Assembly (NCBI GenBank): GCA_964016885.1
Contig: OZ024743.1
Span: forward strand, 290,594,001-290,658,000
Length of the DNA stretch: 64,000 nt
Direction: 5' to 3'
Source of the DNA: Eledone cirrhosa
Taxonomy: Eukaryota
Shown here: in pieces, positions 28,677-43,187 of the stretch
Layout: each line of letters opens with the position of its first letter
Position numbering within the stretch: the first letter of the stretch is position 1
Notes under the pieces: model-generated
Databases searched by the model: none
Told to the model about the DNA's origin: nothing
What the model saw: only the letters and a program-made list of their open reading frames with translations
Program-made: the position numbers and the translations under genes

Positions 28677-30909
28677 TATATATATATATACATACTCATA
28701 CAAATATATGAATAATGATAAACCCTTGCACACTCACATATCGCACAGTAACACATACACATTTTTTTTTCGTGTTTGACTGTTGCTTATATGGAACACA
28801 GGGTGCCACGAGAACTTCATCCCGCATGGTTGAAAATAATGTCATGGGCCAGCACACATATAACAATTTCGGTTAATGGAGTTACGACTGTAAGCCACAC
28901 GCTCCATCATTCCTTTCTTCTTTTGATAGGAGTTAATTCCATGTACTGTCAAACGGATCCAGCTGAGCTTGGGAATCAAATTACTTCACTGTCTATTCAA
29001 ACATATGTAAGATGTATTCATTCGTATTCATATAATTCTATACACACGTTTTATATAAATATGTGTGCATTATATACGATAAAACTTATCATTTTATATT
29101 TCTTATGTGAGTAGCAACGTAGAAGAAGCCATAGCTGAATATAAAGAAGTTTTATAATTATGAACTTGCTTGTTTGAACTCAAAACATTACGTCGTTTAG
29201 GAGGATATTTTTACCATACCCTCCTGACAGGTCGAAATAAAAATGTGACAGCTTTGTAGTACAGTGCCTCGCTTGTTGTCAGAATAAATGTGTCTAACAC
29301 AACCAGTGAGCTCGCTAAATCAATGCATGCGCTGCAGGTATACATCTAAACTCTACACTGTTTCTTTTCCCTAATGTTATCAAATCCCATGGCAATATAT
29401 AATGTTATGCTCCGAAACCCTGTGCTTATGCCTGTGTTTTTAAAATGTGGTTTTATCGTAAATGTTCTGATTATAAGCGCCATAAGCAACAGCTATCACC
29501 TTGATCCGGAGCTTAGTGGAAATATTGAAATTAATTTGTTATGATTTTTAAAATATTTTCTATCTTCTCTGTGTCGTTTCTAAACAACGAAATTGTTATA
29601 TGCGAGCTGGCCAATGACATTATTTGCAACCATGCGGAATAATGTGCCCGCAACACACTCTGTTCCATAAAAGCAACTCTAAGAAATTCTATGCTGCAAA
29701 GCATTTTTGACTCTAGTGATACTGTCAATCCACCACCCTAGTTTATATTTATAATAATATTGCCATACAATAGGAAACAAAGCAAAACAAAAATACGAAC
29801 GATAAATTTAATACAAAAGTTTGTATAGACATCGCGCGACGGTATGTGCTGGATCTAAAATTGTGTCACTTTTATTAAAATAACTGATTGTTCGCTTCCT
29901 GTCAACACCAAGATGCTTAAACGTGTCCGTGTCTAAATTATATTATATATTATTTTGAATATTTTCTCTGTGCATAACAGCGAATAAAATACAGTTAAAT
30001 ATACAGAAAATGAAATTAATTGCCCCATGTAAGATATTTATATGACGGTCCATTGACGTATTTCACCACCAAAGTTTTTGATTTCAAAAATTGATTCATT
30101 GGTGTAATTTCTTTATATAGCCAATCACTCATGTACATTACCACAAGACTTAGTTTTGCTTACTGTTTAACTAGAGACGAGGATATATTCACTATTGCGC
30201 TCGGATGCCGCTGTGAGTGGACTTTACTAAAGACATTCAAGAAGAGTGCCGGAATGAATACTGTTCTGCAGATTTTGAAAATTTACTGTCACGATTTATA
30301 ATATTTCACCATAAGAAAGTGTCAGAGGATCTTCGAAATAAACTCAAATCTTCATACAGATCTTGGAGTGAATGGATATACAAAAATGTATTTTTCATCA
30401 CCATGGTCACGGATATTTACAAATATGCCGGCGACATAATTAAATATGGGAACCATTTAAGTATATTCTTTTTCAAGTTGGTTGAGTAAGGAAAACAGTA
30501 TAAGGATCAACTAAATTCTGATATTATTATATCTAACGAAAATACACGAGAAATGATTTTGAAATCGTTTCGGACTTTATTATGGTGACACCTAGGATGG
30601 TGCCATGAGTGAATAACACGTTAATTTGATGAAAAATAAAATGAAAATATAAATTCTGCTTAAGATCTCCAGAAAACAATGCATGTAACAATATTATTAA
30701 GGAAGTGTGAGCACTATTGACTAGGTTACGTTGTATTTCAGAAAACTCATTTAATGCATCTTTACAGCAATAGAAACCAACTAAAAAAATTCCTAAATGA
30801 TATTTTTGAAGTTGATATATTTTAAGTACGTCAAGTGGAATATATTTGAAAAAAATCTATATTAAATCACACAACACAATAGGATTGGAAACAAATGTAA
30901 TTATCAGCT

Positions 30910-31038
30910 TAAATAATATAATATAAACTCTTCTTCTTCTTCTTCTTCTTCTTCTTCTTCTTCTTCTTCTTCTTCTTCTTCTTCTTCTTCTTCTTCTTCT
31001 TCTTCTTCTTCTTCTTCTTCTTCTTCTTCTTCTTCTTC
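30910..31038. repeat. (TTC)n microsatellite
   Basis: Directly visible. Confidence 0.97.
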
Positions 31039-32184
31039 ACAATAGGCCCTCTATTACGCCCTCAGAACAAATATATATTTCTTGTTATTTCTCAAAGACT
31101 GCATTGTGAATATTTGGATTTGCTGCGCTGCGTGAAGGGCGAAAAACACACTGTCTATTAAGTAACCTTGAATCCACAATCTCCCTACATCTCGTTATCA
31201 GTAATTAATAAGTAATACAACTAAACTTCTGCTACGTTTCATCTACCTAATATCTAAGCAACAAGATGTCGCATTCTCTGATGTTGTTTAGTATTAATAC
31301 CGATTGTTGCACATTAAACGTATTTATGGCACAAGCATTTGAAGAAACACTAGATTATTTCAGATTTCGTTGTCCTATTTACTGCCGAATGGTGCAATTT
31401 TAGGAGTATTGAACAGCAATAGCTCCTAGGGAAAGTGTCCGCATTGGACATTATCTCGGCATTTCTATATATGTTTTTTCTGGGGGTTTTTTTCAGACTA
31501 GCCATCACCAGCCAGATTTATGTTCTATGACATTCTAGAAGGGCCGATCTTGTATTTTTCTAGATACAATAAAACTATAGCAGATTATTCAATATGTTGG
31601 TTCTTTCCGAATAAAGAGAATGCAACATTTTATTGACTTAGCTATATTCCAAGCGACTGAGAATATATTTAAGACTACATTAAATCCATTAAATGTAAAC
31701 ATATGGTGCAGACTTACAGACTAACATAGTCTAAATATGTCGTAACTTTGATATTTAGTCTCCAGCGTTTAGTCAATTGATTGGAAATTGAAGTTTATAA
31801 TACCAAGTCAATAGAATTCATTTCTTTTGTGAGAAGATACGTTAACAATGGTGTCTGCAAAAGCTCACTTGTCAAAGACATTTGTTCGGTAAGATTTGAA
31901 GTATCTTATTAATGATATTCAAATCCTAGGATTTACGTATTATAAAAATACCGTATTCATGAAATGAAAATCTCATAGAAAGATGGTATTCAAAATTTTG
32001 TTAAATATCATGTATGATGTTGCTAAATATTATACATAACAGATGTGTGAAAATAAAGAAGTTATATATATATATATATAAATATAAAGAATTAATATAA
32101 AGAATTAATATATCTACCGACATATGTATACAGATGCAGACCTATGCTAGCAGATATATGTTTTGTCTTAGTAACTTTGTAGTT

Positions 32185-32547
32185 CTATGCAGGGGAATAC
32201 AGAACAGTTATATGAAAGACGTAAATAAGAAAGTTATGAAAATTGACTTACTTACTAAAATTTCACTCCAACTAATTAGTTTCTGTAAGGGGATAAGTAC
32301 AGTTATGTAATACCTGTAGAGAAGCCTTACGTCATCAGGGAGTCTATTCTCAGCTAAGCCACCAGGCAATGCGGGGACACTGGAAGCTTATATAACAATA
32401 ATTCAGTGGATGGAAAAAAGCGAAAAAAAAAAGCTTCTCTACAGGTATTACATAACTGTATTTATCCCCTTACCGAAACTAATTAGTTGGAGTAAATTTT
32501 AGTAAGTAAGTCAATTTTCATAACTTTCTTCTTTACGTCTTTCATAT
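32185..32547. mobile_element. inverted-repeat PLE remnant (arms ~32209-32325 and 32432-32547)
   Basis: Arms are reverse complements, the left arm has an extension, and an HHR lies inside. Confidence 0.75.
32265..32343 (-). ncRNA. hammerhead ribozyme with extended stem II
   Basis: actcc-CTGATGA-c gtaagg..tacag..ctgta..ccttac a-GAAA-ctaattag-TT-ggagt. Confidence 0.75.
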
Positions 32548-32676
32548 ATATATAAATATATATATATATGAGAATGTGCATTCAGTATTTGAGGTGGAAT
32601 GGTCAATAAACTACACTGAGCGTGGTTTCAATTTGATATGAGGAGCATAATAGAGGGATGAAACCAAGGATCGTCA

Positions 32677-32825
32677 TCTTCTTCTTCTTCTTCTTCTTCT
32701 TCTTCTTCTTCTTCTTCTTCTTCTTCTTCTTCTTCTTCTTCTTCTTCTTCTTCTTCTTCTTCTTCTTCTTCTTCTTCTTCTTCTTCTTCTTCTTCTTCTT
32801 CTTCTTCTTCACACACACACACACT

Positions 32826-32894
<69 letters not shown>
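32677..32894. repeat. (TTC)n-(CA)n-(TA)n compound microsatellite
   Basis: Directly visible. Confidence 0.95.
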
Positions 32895-32900
<6 letters not shown>

Positions 32901-33100
32901 ACACTTTGGGAGGATCATGCTGCCAATAAAAACACTCCTGTTGGTTTTTACTTCAATGTATAACAAATTTCTGGTTGGTTGGTTCAATAACCTGATATTC
33001 ATTTATTTATTGTCAAAGCTCATTCGTCACACATTCCTCGATCTCTTCAAATACTTATTTGTTATTTCGTTTCTCTCCTTTGTTCTGTCCTTCCCAATCT
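32895..33100 (-). mobile_element. older family-A-related PLE 3' terminus
   Basis: attgttacactttgggaggatcatgctgccaataaaaacac matches the sequence from 2229; decayed HHR near 33020-33050. Confidence 0.7.
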
Positions 33101-34184
33101 TGTTTTGTCTGTATGCAGCCAGAGTACATCAAAAGTACACAGGAGCCGTGCTGTGCTCGGCTTTTCAAGAGAATCCTCAATAAATGGACATATTCCTGAA
33201 TTGACCACTACTTGCGAAAAGCTTTCGTAGGCTGGAGATCATCACACAAAAACACGATGTTTCATCCGGTGCTGATAAATTGGTTGAGAAATATCTCCCC
33301 TTGTCTGTGAAATTGACCGCAACTCAACTTTCTCACTGGGTGAATATTTTTTACAACTGCCATCTTTTCCCCGCTTGCGATTCGCATGTGTGAAACCCGC
33401 ATATATGTGGAAAAGGGATTTCCCCAGGCATGTGATTTCCACGGCGCTGGATTATAATTCTAAGTAACATTTATTCTGGCTATTGGTCATATCATGGTTC
33501 TATCACTCATGACGCCCGCATCGGCATTCCTGCTTTGGAGATCAACGTTGACGAAGTAGTTATGTATCAATCACGATCTCTTCGACTATACGGAATGGAT
33601 TTGATGTGGTGACGTGCATGTGCTACTTATGAACACTTTTGTATGTGGATGTTTGTGTATTGTTTATATGCAATTGTCTGAGATCGCTTAAGTTCTTATG
33701 CATCTGCACACACAAACACACACCATTGCTACATTTGGCCGTCACCAGGTGGGTCATCTCACGTATATGCACATTCAAAACCACGCATAGAGACAAAATG
33801 AGAGCCCTTCACACACATTATGAAGTGATGCAAATCACGATCTTCATTGGCCCCATTCTCTGTTGAAACAAATACAAACACCCCCATACAAAAACGTCCC
33901 TGACACTGAATGTTTCCTGCAGGAGAAATATATGACCAATTATACACGTGTTTGGCCTTGTAAATTAATTCCATATTTGCTTTTATTTTCTTACTCTCAT
34001 CACTCATTCTGTTTATTCTGTCTCATTCCAATCAAAAACTAACGTCCTGAACATTAAGACAACATAAGAAACAATAAACTATATATAGATACACATATAA
34101 CACATACATACATACAGATATAACCCTGTCATTATATATATAAACACATACACACGCACAGACATCTATGTCTTTCTCTCTCTA

Positions 34185-34424
<240 letters not shown>

Positions 34425-34427
34425 ATA

Positions 34428-34489
<62 letters not shown>

Positions 34490-34491
<2 letters not shown>

Positions 34492-34700
34492 CATTACTGC
34501 TTTTAAGCTCGCCCGCAACCTACGCGACCTCCTGGTACGCAGTTCCTTTTCGTCCTCTCCAACGACTCCACCCGGCTCTCATCCTTGTTCCCGTTCCCGC
34601 TGCAACATTTGTCCCTTTATTTCCACCCTCACCACTATTACAGGCCCTAACGGGTCTTTCCGTATCCGCCATTCCTTCACCTGCACATCTACCCATCACC
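34490..34700 (+). mobile_element. Poseidon-type PLE fragment (RT-EN linker)
   Basis: + strand PITAFKLARNLRDLLVRS..PCSRSRCNICPFI..HSFTCTS. Confidence 0.75.
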
Positions 34701-34769
34701 TGCACTTCCATCAGTTATTTATTTATAAATAAATAAGCGATCTGAGAGAAGCGATATGAGGTGGTTGGT

Positions 34770-34830
<61 letters not shown>

Positions 34831-35303
34831 GCACACACGGTAGCATTCAAACGATTGTTATTGTGCATGTAGCGCCGCCACCATCCATCGACCAGGCAGA
34901 CTACTACTACCATTCGAATATATTACACTGCTAGTACCAAAAACCAGCACAGATAAATAGTGCAATGGATTGACAGCTAACGCCATCCCACTCCCACAAT
35001 TAAAAGAACTGCTTCGGCCGTCGACCTTTGCTTGACCGCACTTATTCTGCGCGCACGCGCGCTCTGCAGGATAGCTCAGTTAGTCACAAACAGCGAACAG
35101 CAGAGGAGACGTACCATCCCCCTCCGACAGATAACCTCCCCCACCCGGAAAACCCCCAGTTGATGGATGCAAATCCGAAATATAGGGACAATTACATCTC
35201 TCCCATGGTAACTCTTTCTCATGTTATTATTTTTATTTTTTACGCTCTTTCTTACGTTGCTCTACACACTATACATCTCATTCTATATTCCCTTACATCT
35301 CTC

Positions 35304-35361
<58 letters not shown>

Positions 35362-35699
35362 ATAATAAGAAAAACGAAGAATATATTTTAATCCTTTTAC
35401 CGTGTAACAAACTATCACCCGTGGAAGGTATGCCCCAACTCCAATATCGATCTGCTTGACAAACTGTTGAATCACTCGTAACACGAGAAGAAAACATACA
35501 TGTGAACGAAACTTCAGCGTTCTTCTTAAAATCGTCAATCTGCCAGTGCATGGTGTGCGCATATAAGTACTACCACTAGTAATTCAATGTATTGCATATA
35601 CGACACACACACAGACACACATACACACATAACACACACATATATACACACATACACACACATATATACAGACACACGCAATACACACACACACACACG

Positions 35700-35731
<32 letters not shown>

Positions 35732-36359
35732 ATTCTAATAGCGGTATCTACCGTAATACATATATATATGTGTTGATAAATTGTATGCCTACCATGATGC
35801 AATTTCATCAGACAACATCTTTAGTAATAAGGTTGTGAGGTCCCATTTCTAATGCAATACTGGTCATTGAAAAAAGGACCTAAGTAATTGATGTTGGTCC
35901 AACTAGCGCCAGGTGGTCTTAAGATGCTGTTAGATGATGAGGTGTTGTTGTTTGCATGATGTCAGTATTACGTAATATATTAATGCCATGGAAATATGTA
36001 TTATGGCAAATTATGAAGAAAATAAATCACGAATATTTACACCTGGCATTCGTAAATCTCATTATTGTTCGTATACTCCGTCATGGACAACCACATGGGA
36101 TTTGAACGGAGAATCATAGCGTTGAGGGCTTGAATATGTTTACAATAGCGTTTTCTGATTGGAGAGTTGTATATGCATCCTTGGTTAGAAAACATATTAG
36201 TATAGAAGTATATATATGTGTGTGTGTCTGTGTCTGAGTGTGTATGTGTGTGTACGTGTGCCTATATATAATGCCCCCATATATATATATATATATTTAT
36301 ATAAAGAGAGAGAGACATAGAGTGAGAGTGAGGGAGAAAGAGAGAGGGAGATAAAGAGA

Positions 36360-36435
<76 letters not shown>

Positions 36436-37679
36436 GAGAGAGAGAGAGCGACTGAGGGAGATAAAGAGAGAATCTAGTAGAAATAGATGGAGATAATCTA
36501 TAACATTTTATATCTCCCTGTTTGAATATATTATATACCATCTACAGCATGGTATAATATGGAATAAATTTAGTGGAATAGTATTATTCATAGTCGCATT
36601 ACTTGGTGAAATTAAGTTTTCGGCTAATTTAATAATAGCTTTAATATAGAGCATCACTTAATATGCGATTGACTGCGCTCAAATCACTCGAAGCAGTAAA
36701 TATAGAAATTTGCGTCGAATGTATCTCTGATAAAAAAAAAAATACACAGAAGTAAATACTCCATAGATGTATTAATGATATTTCATTTGATTGATCAACT
36801 ATATGTTTCTGTATCCCTTAGCTAACGACAATTACATCACTCTTAAATGGTGGCTCCTGACAATATTTCCTTGTTGGCCGTATACTTCAAAGAGAGTTAA
36901 ACACTTTGTAGCAGTCATCTTTAAGAATTCCAACAGATCACAGTTGAACTTCAAACGGCTGAAAACTAATATCAATAAATGAATATCTTTGTAAAGAAAA
37001 GAGCAAGAATATATATATGGCATCATATTACATTACCAGTGAATTACGGAGCTGGAGGCTTCCAATTCTTTCTGGTTATACAAATCAACCACATTTATAA
37101 TTCAATAAGAAGCGGTGAAAAAGCGATGAAAAAGAATCATCTAAACATACAAAGTGTGTGAGATATGAAGAAGAATATCGGCTTCGTGCTTGTTGACTGA
37201 TATAGAACAAAGTGGCTGAATCATTAGAAGGAATCGAATATTTTTGTTCCCTAATGATGAAACGTTTCTTTTCTATAAGCCGCAAATTCCCTTCAGAAAG
37301 GAATACTTGTTGCAATATTTTAATTAGAGGACAATATGTAATTTCATTCCATAGTTTATAAAATCGGTATATGAAAGTTTTTCATGAAAATTCAGCGCAA
37401 GAATGATGATAAATCCACTAGATTACATCGAATATAATATACAGGCAGTATTAGGCCAATACAGGTAAAACCTATTATATAACTGTTTAGTTAAATATAT
37501 AATTCGCATTGTAGCAGGTGCTTATTTATTGGGAGATGTTATTGCCATTCAATACGAGTAGTCCTAACTATATTTTATATATACATATACATATATACCC
37601 ACATCGCCTTCTCTCTAACCCGCTATCTCCCTATATTTATGTGTTGGTATATAGGTATGTATGTATTTTTTTGTGTATG

Positions 37680-38290
37680 TATGTCAGGTGACCAGTTGGT
37701 GCTACTGGTAACATGTAACCCAGTACAACCTGTCCCATGGTCGGGTCGTTGGCGACTAAACTGGCAACCCCACCAAGGTTTCTTGGTGAGGAGGGTGACT
37801 TTGGACATCCTGCAGGACTAAAAACAAAACCTGTCAAAGGGCAAAGGATCTCTTAAGAGTCAATGGCCATCCAAAATCACCGGGAGAGATGATCCCTTAG
37901 CCTTTGTCAATGCAGAATTCTAGGAGAAGGAAAACTCTGATATAACACCTGCCACCCTGATGGTATCCAATGATGTTGACTTGTACATCTTTTTAGTAAA
38001 TATCATCTTGGTTAAGAGAGTGGGACTGGCTTTGTGCAGTGCCTTTGCTCACTATAAAAGCTTCACGACACAGGCATTGCTTTATATCTGGAGATCTCTC
38101 TCCATTTGTCGTCACATGGTACCACTATGTGTCAATAATTGTCACAACTGTAGTGTTTGTACCAGAGTTTTCAAGTCGCTGGTTGGACTAAAAAGTCACA
38201 TTCGTTCAGCGCCTCGGTAGGGGTTCTCTTACATGGATATAAAGTAGTGGCCGTACTCGAAAACGAGTTGGCAACCACCATGTATGTATG
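37680..38290 (+). mobile_element. SINE-like element with RTE-LINE-type 3' tail and (TATG)n end
   Basis: Head gtgctactggtaa..cccagtacaa..ggtcgggtcg is shared with 42040 and 42540. The tail encodes CSVCTRVFKSLVGLKSHIR and has a ctcgaaaacgag hairpin. Confidence 0.6.
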
Positions 38291-38299
38291 CAAGGCCTT

Positions 38300-41200
38300 T
38301 CCCACTTAAAAAAATCTTCAAAGCACAGACATTGCTTGTTCAGGGTCTGTTACAGGTTTGGGTGACTGGCCGTAGCCTAAAAGTGCACCAAACTCTATAA
38401 CCTAACAAGCGATTGCAGTACTCTTAGCAGCGTTTTCTGCCATCATTTATGTATGTGCAGGGTCGGGTCGTCGGTGACTATACCGCCAAACAAACCAAGC
38501 TGTAGCTTTAAATGTGTTTATTGTTAGGGTTATCTGGATTGCATTGTACAGCGTTTCAGCCACTGCATCATGCCTCATAGGTAGATAGTACCGTGATGAC
38601 TCTTGGAAAGCTGTTTATGACATGGGTGACATCTTCCATGTTAATTCTGCAGAGTTTGCACTTGTTGTCACATCTAGGTGTTTTGCCTGCATCCCTATCT
38701 CTCTTGTGAATCAGGTATTTTCTGTTGATTTCCTGTTCTTGGATTGCAAAGTGGGAGTCAATATAGCGGTTGTTGGTCCAAGATAGATTGCTTTGCCTAT
38801 CTATATTACTCCCACTCTGGAGCTTCCTGGCAACATATCCATGCATGATTCCTTTGCTGATAAGCATGCAGCTTTTCTTCCATTCATTCGCTGCGGTAAG
38901 GCTGGGTAATTTCCCTGGTTGTAAGATTTTGATTATCTTCCAGGGTGTATTTTCAAGAAGTTTATTGCCAACTCTCATAATCTTATCTGTCTCATGCAGA
39001 TATACTTACTCAGTAGATGGGCTCCTTCGCTTGGAGGTTTGTAAATGTTGTTGGAGGGATATGATGCGACACTCCACTGCTGTCTGGACTGATATTAGTG
39101 CTCTGCCTCCTTATTTACGTTTCAAGTAGACGTGGGCTTTTTCACTGTTCATGTGGAAGTTTCCGGTGTTGTTTAGAAGTTTTCGAGTTTTAACATCAAT
39201 TGCTCGGTTGTCGTCTATCATCCATTCGAGTATTCCAAACGTTGTGAGCCACTGTTTTACTTTGTGCAGACAGTTCCGATGACTATATTTCTCAATCGGG
39301 TGTAATATTCCCTGGTTATATGTTCCGTGTTACAAATACCATTATACGATACATTCTCATCTATCCCAGGTATCTGTAGCAGTCCTTGTCAGATATTCGT
39401 GAAACAGTTAGGTCATTGATAAAAATGTTGTAGATTGGGTTGGATTATTTCCTCGCTTCACAATCATATATGAACATTTATCTTTGCCAAACACCATTCC
39501 TATATACTTTGAGAACGTTGTGACCAGGTCATGACTTTTCTTCATCCCATTTATGTTCTTGGTATAGAGTTTTAGGTCAGCCACAAAGAAATAATGGGTT
39601 AAGTTCGTATTTCTGTCCTCCTGTGGGCCAATGCTGTATCCTTCACATTTTTTGAGGAAAGATGACAGGAATAATAGCAGAACAGAGAGACTCTTCTTGA
39701 AATATACCCCTGTAATATTCTATTTTATCAGTAGAAATAGAGTTCTCCTACTCCGTTTTAACTTTAGGATAGTATCCCAAGAAGAAGACAGCTTCCCTAT
39801 GGGTCTGATAATAATGTCTGGGGCTTTAGCAAGTCGAAGAGTTGCTCTCCTCCAAGAGTGGGGAACATAATGAAGTACTTTCCGATAGTTCACCCAAACT
39901 ATAGCCATATTTTTCTTCAGTTGTCGCACCTCCGACATCACAGTTTCGTTAATTAGGAATTGTTCAGCACACCCCCAAAACAACTTTATTTCCAGCAGTT
40001 TATTCATCTGTGATGATGTCATTACTATTGTAGTGATCTTGGAGAAATATGTTCAGACAGGCTGTATACATCTTATACATCAGGTTCTGACATGCAATGG
40101 GACGGTAGCTTTTTATTTTGCCAAGTGGGTGTCTTTGTTCTTGGGGACCAGTATTGTTTGTGCTAATATCAAGCATTCTGGTATATGTATATCTCCGTTA
40201 AGAGCTTGCTGGTAGAGGTCGATAAAATACATCCGATAGAATATCAGTTTTTTTGTACCAGTATTCAACAACCATGTCTCTTCCTGGTGTTTTCTTATCA
40301 CAGTCTCAAGGTTATCCTCACATATATCATATGATTTTGTTGCTGTGTAGGAGAAATAGCTCTTTTGGATTTCTTATAACCACACTGCATCTTCTTTGAA
40401 ACTCTTCTTTTCACCGCATGTTTTTCTCCAAAAAGAATCTATATTTTTCTGGGATGGGGACTCAGTGCCTCAGTGACATTCATTACTTTTCCCTTCATTA
40501 CTCTACAGACTAACGTTTGGTTTCGTCTGAATCTATTATTAATTACTATTCTTTCAACTACGCTCTTCAGGTATCGACGTTTCTCGCTGAGTGCTCTCAA
40601 TTCTAGGATGAGGGTGATCAGTTTATATTGAAGAGTTATGGTTGTACTGTTACCAACCATCGTCTCTATTTCATTTTTCACTCTTTGTTGGTGAGGAGTG
40701 AAGGTTTTTGGGGGTTTTAGTTTGCATGTAAGGAGTATTGTCACACATCCTACAGTTTTTAATAGGTCAGCAATCTTTTTTTCTATTTTGGTTATATTTG
40801 ATGCTATGCTTAGTGGTGTTTTGTTCGTGTTAATAGCTTTGCTATCGCCAGGATAATGCTTCACTGTTGTTGCTAGGGCATATAAACAGGCGTTGATTTG
40901 CCAAAATGTGGGGGTTTTAAATCGGCGTAAATATTCACCCCCTATTTCGTCAATAGCACGTAAGATTTCATTATTTGGTTTTATTCTGTTTAATATTGTT
41001 ATTTGATTACGTTCAGCAAGAGAAATGTTGATGTATGACTTAATTTCTCTCAGGAAGATGTCGTTGGGGGGAAATTACAATTGTTTATACTTTTGATTAT
41101 TATTATCGATAGTATTTTCCATAGCAGTCGAGACAGACTCAGATGATATCGTGGTGTCAAATTTCTTAAGGGCATAGTTGTTTCAAGCCACTGTACTGCT

Positions 41201-41750
41201 AGGAAGTCTCGTAGCATAGTGACCTGGTGTTCATGCTTGTTCTGGGGGACTTATAATTGATAATATCAATGTTATTTTTACGTTCAAGAAACGTCGCTTG
41301 TTTGCGTAATTGTTTGCTGCGAAGTGATTTAGCTCTGGATGTATTTCGTCCCAGTGTAGCTTCATTCTGTTCATATAGCTAACGGAGGATTTTTTTTTTG
41401 CCATTTTATAACAATTAAATAGATCATCATTAACTTTGCAGGAAAGAGGATTTATAATTTCGGTTACTTCTGTAGCTACAACTAAATACATGTTGTTTAC
41501 TTTTGTCATTGTCTTTTTTTTAATAAATTGTTCTCGTTACTTGTGTTCGTTAAGTTGTTGTTGTGTTCGGCCACGTTGTTTGTAGAAAATCAATGAATTA
41601 TCTATTTAGTCGGATATCTCTACGAATTCGAATAAAAGGTGTCCTCAGTAGACATAGTTAGAAGAATATCCGGTTATTCAACACACTGGTAGTTGTGGCA
41701 TTACCGTTGGAGAATTCATCATAAATTGAATAAATAGTCTCCCACGCCAT
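38300..41750 (-). mobile_element. decayed R4/Dong-like non-LTR retrotransposon (RT + CCHC knuckle)
   Basis: GCAEQFLINETV, THYFFVADLKLY, IGMVFGKDKC, MHGY, AIQEQEI, CKLC..EDVTHVINS; many frameshifts. Confidence 0.8.
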
Positions 41751-42039
41751 AATATGTGACTGGTCGCGTTGACTGTCTATGTATGTATGTCTGTATTTAT
41801 GTATGTATGTATGTATGTATGTATGTATGTATGTATGTATGTATGTATGTATGTATGTATGTATGTATGTATGTGTGAATGTATGTATGTACGTATGAAT
41901 GTATGTATGTATGTATGTTTTTATGTATGTATGCATGTATGCATATATGTCTGTATACATGTATGTATGTATAAAGTATGTATGTGTGTATGTATGTATG
42001 AACGTATGTATGTGTGTATGTTTGTGTGTATGTATTGTT

Positions 42040-42729
42040 GCTCCTCAGCGCTACTGGTATCCTGAAACCCAGCATAACAAGTGTTGGATCGGATTGTCGG
42101 TGACTACAGCGGCAAACCCACAAAGCTTGTTTGGTGTGGACGGTAATTTTGGACACCGTGTGGTATGAAAAACAAATCTCAAAGAGTATAGGAGCTCAGG
42201 AGAATCAACTGCTCTCCAATAATTTTATTTATTTATTTGTTCGTGGAGCGAGAGACTCCTAATCTTCATTAAGGCATCATTCTAGGAAAAAATCATTTTT
42301 ATATAAAGCCTGCGACTTCATTTGCATCCAACGATGTAAACGATTTTTACGTTTTGGACAAATGCATTCTTTGTTCAAAAGTGGGATTAGGCCCGTGCAA
42401 ATCTTTCCTCAGTTGAAAAAAGCTTCTACAACAGGCATCGCTTGATATGTGAAATTGTTTGTGATGCGTGGCATTGCTGGCCATAGGCAAGTCCCTAGCA
42501 GGAGTAAAAAGCCACGTCCAATATGTATGTATGTATGTCGGGTCACTCTTCAGTGCTACTGGTAATATGTACCCCAGTACAATCTGTCAACTGGTCGGGT
42601 CGACGGCCACTAAACCGGCAACCCCACCATGTTTACTTGGTGAGGCGGGTGTTTTTGGACACCCTACAGGACAAAACACAAGATATGACCGACAAAGGGG
42701 GAAGAACTGTGTATGTACATGTGTATGTA

Positions 42730-42765
<36 letters not shown>

Positions 42766-43120
42766 TGTATGTATGTATGTATGTATGTATGTATGTATGT
42801 ATATATGTATGTATGTATGTATGTGTGTGTATGCATATGTATGTATATGCGCGGGGACATAGAAATAATCGGGCTGTATACCCGATCGCGCGGTTAGAGC
42901 ACTGGGAGTGAATGACTCCTAGCCATTGCCAGGGCATACTTCTAGGAGAAGGCAACTCAGTAAACTGGTATAACTGCGGTAAAAAAACCTGCGGCTCATT
43001 AGTTACCGATGAAGTTGATCTTTTCTTCTTTTCGGGTTATAGCTACTGTCGCTCAGAGAGTGGGATTGGCTTAGTGAACAGTCTTTGCTCACTTTAAAAA
43101 AATCTTCACGCACAGTCATT
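42040..43120 (+). mobile_element. two diverged copies of the 37680 family (42040-42500; 42540-43120, the second interrupted by (TATG)n)
   Basis: Shared head, ctagga(g)aa and gtgggattgg/agtgggattagg blocks. Confidence 0.6.
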
Positions 43121-43187
43121 GAACGATAGCATTATTCAATAACTATTAATAATGTTATATCGTGCAATGGCCATACATATATATAGT

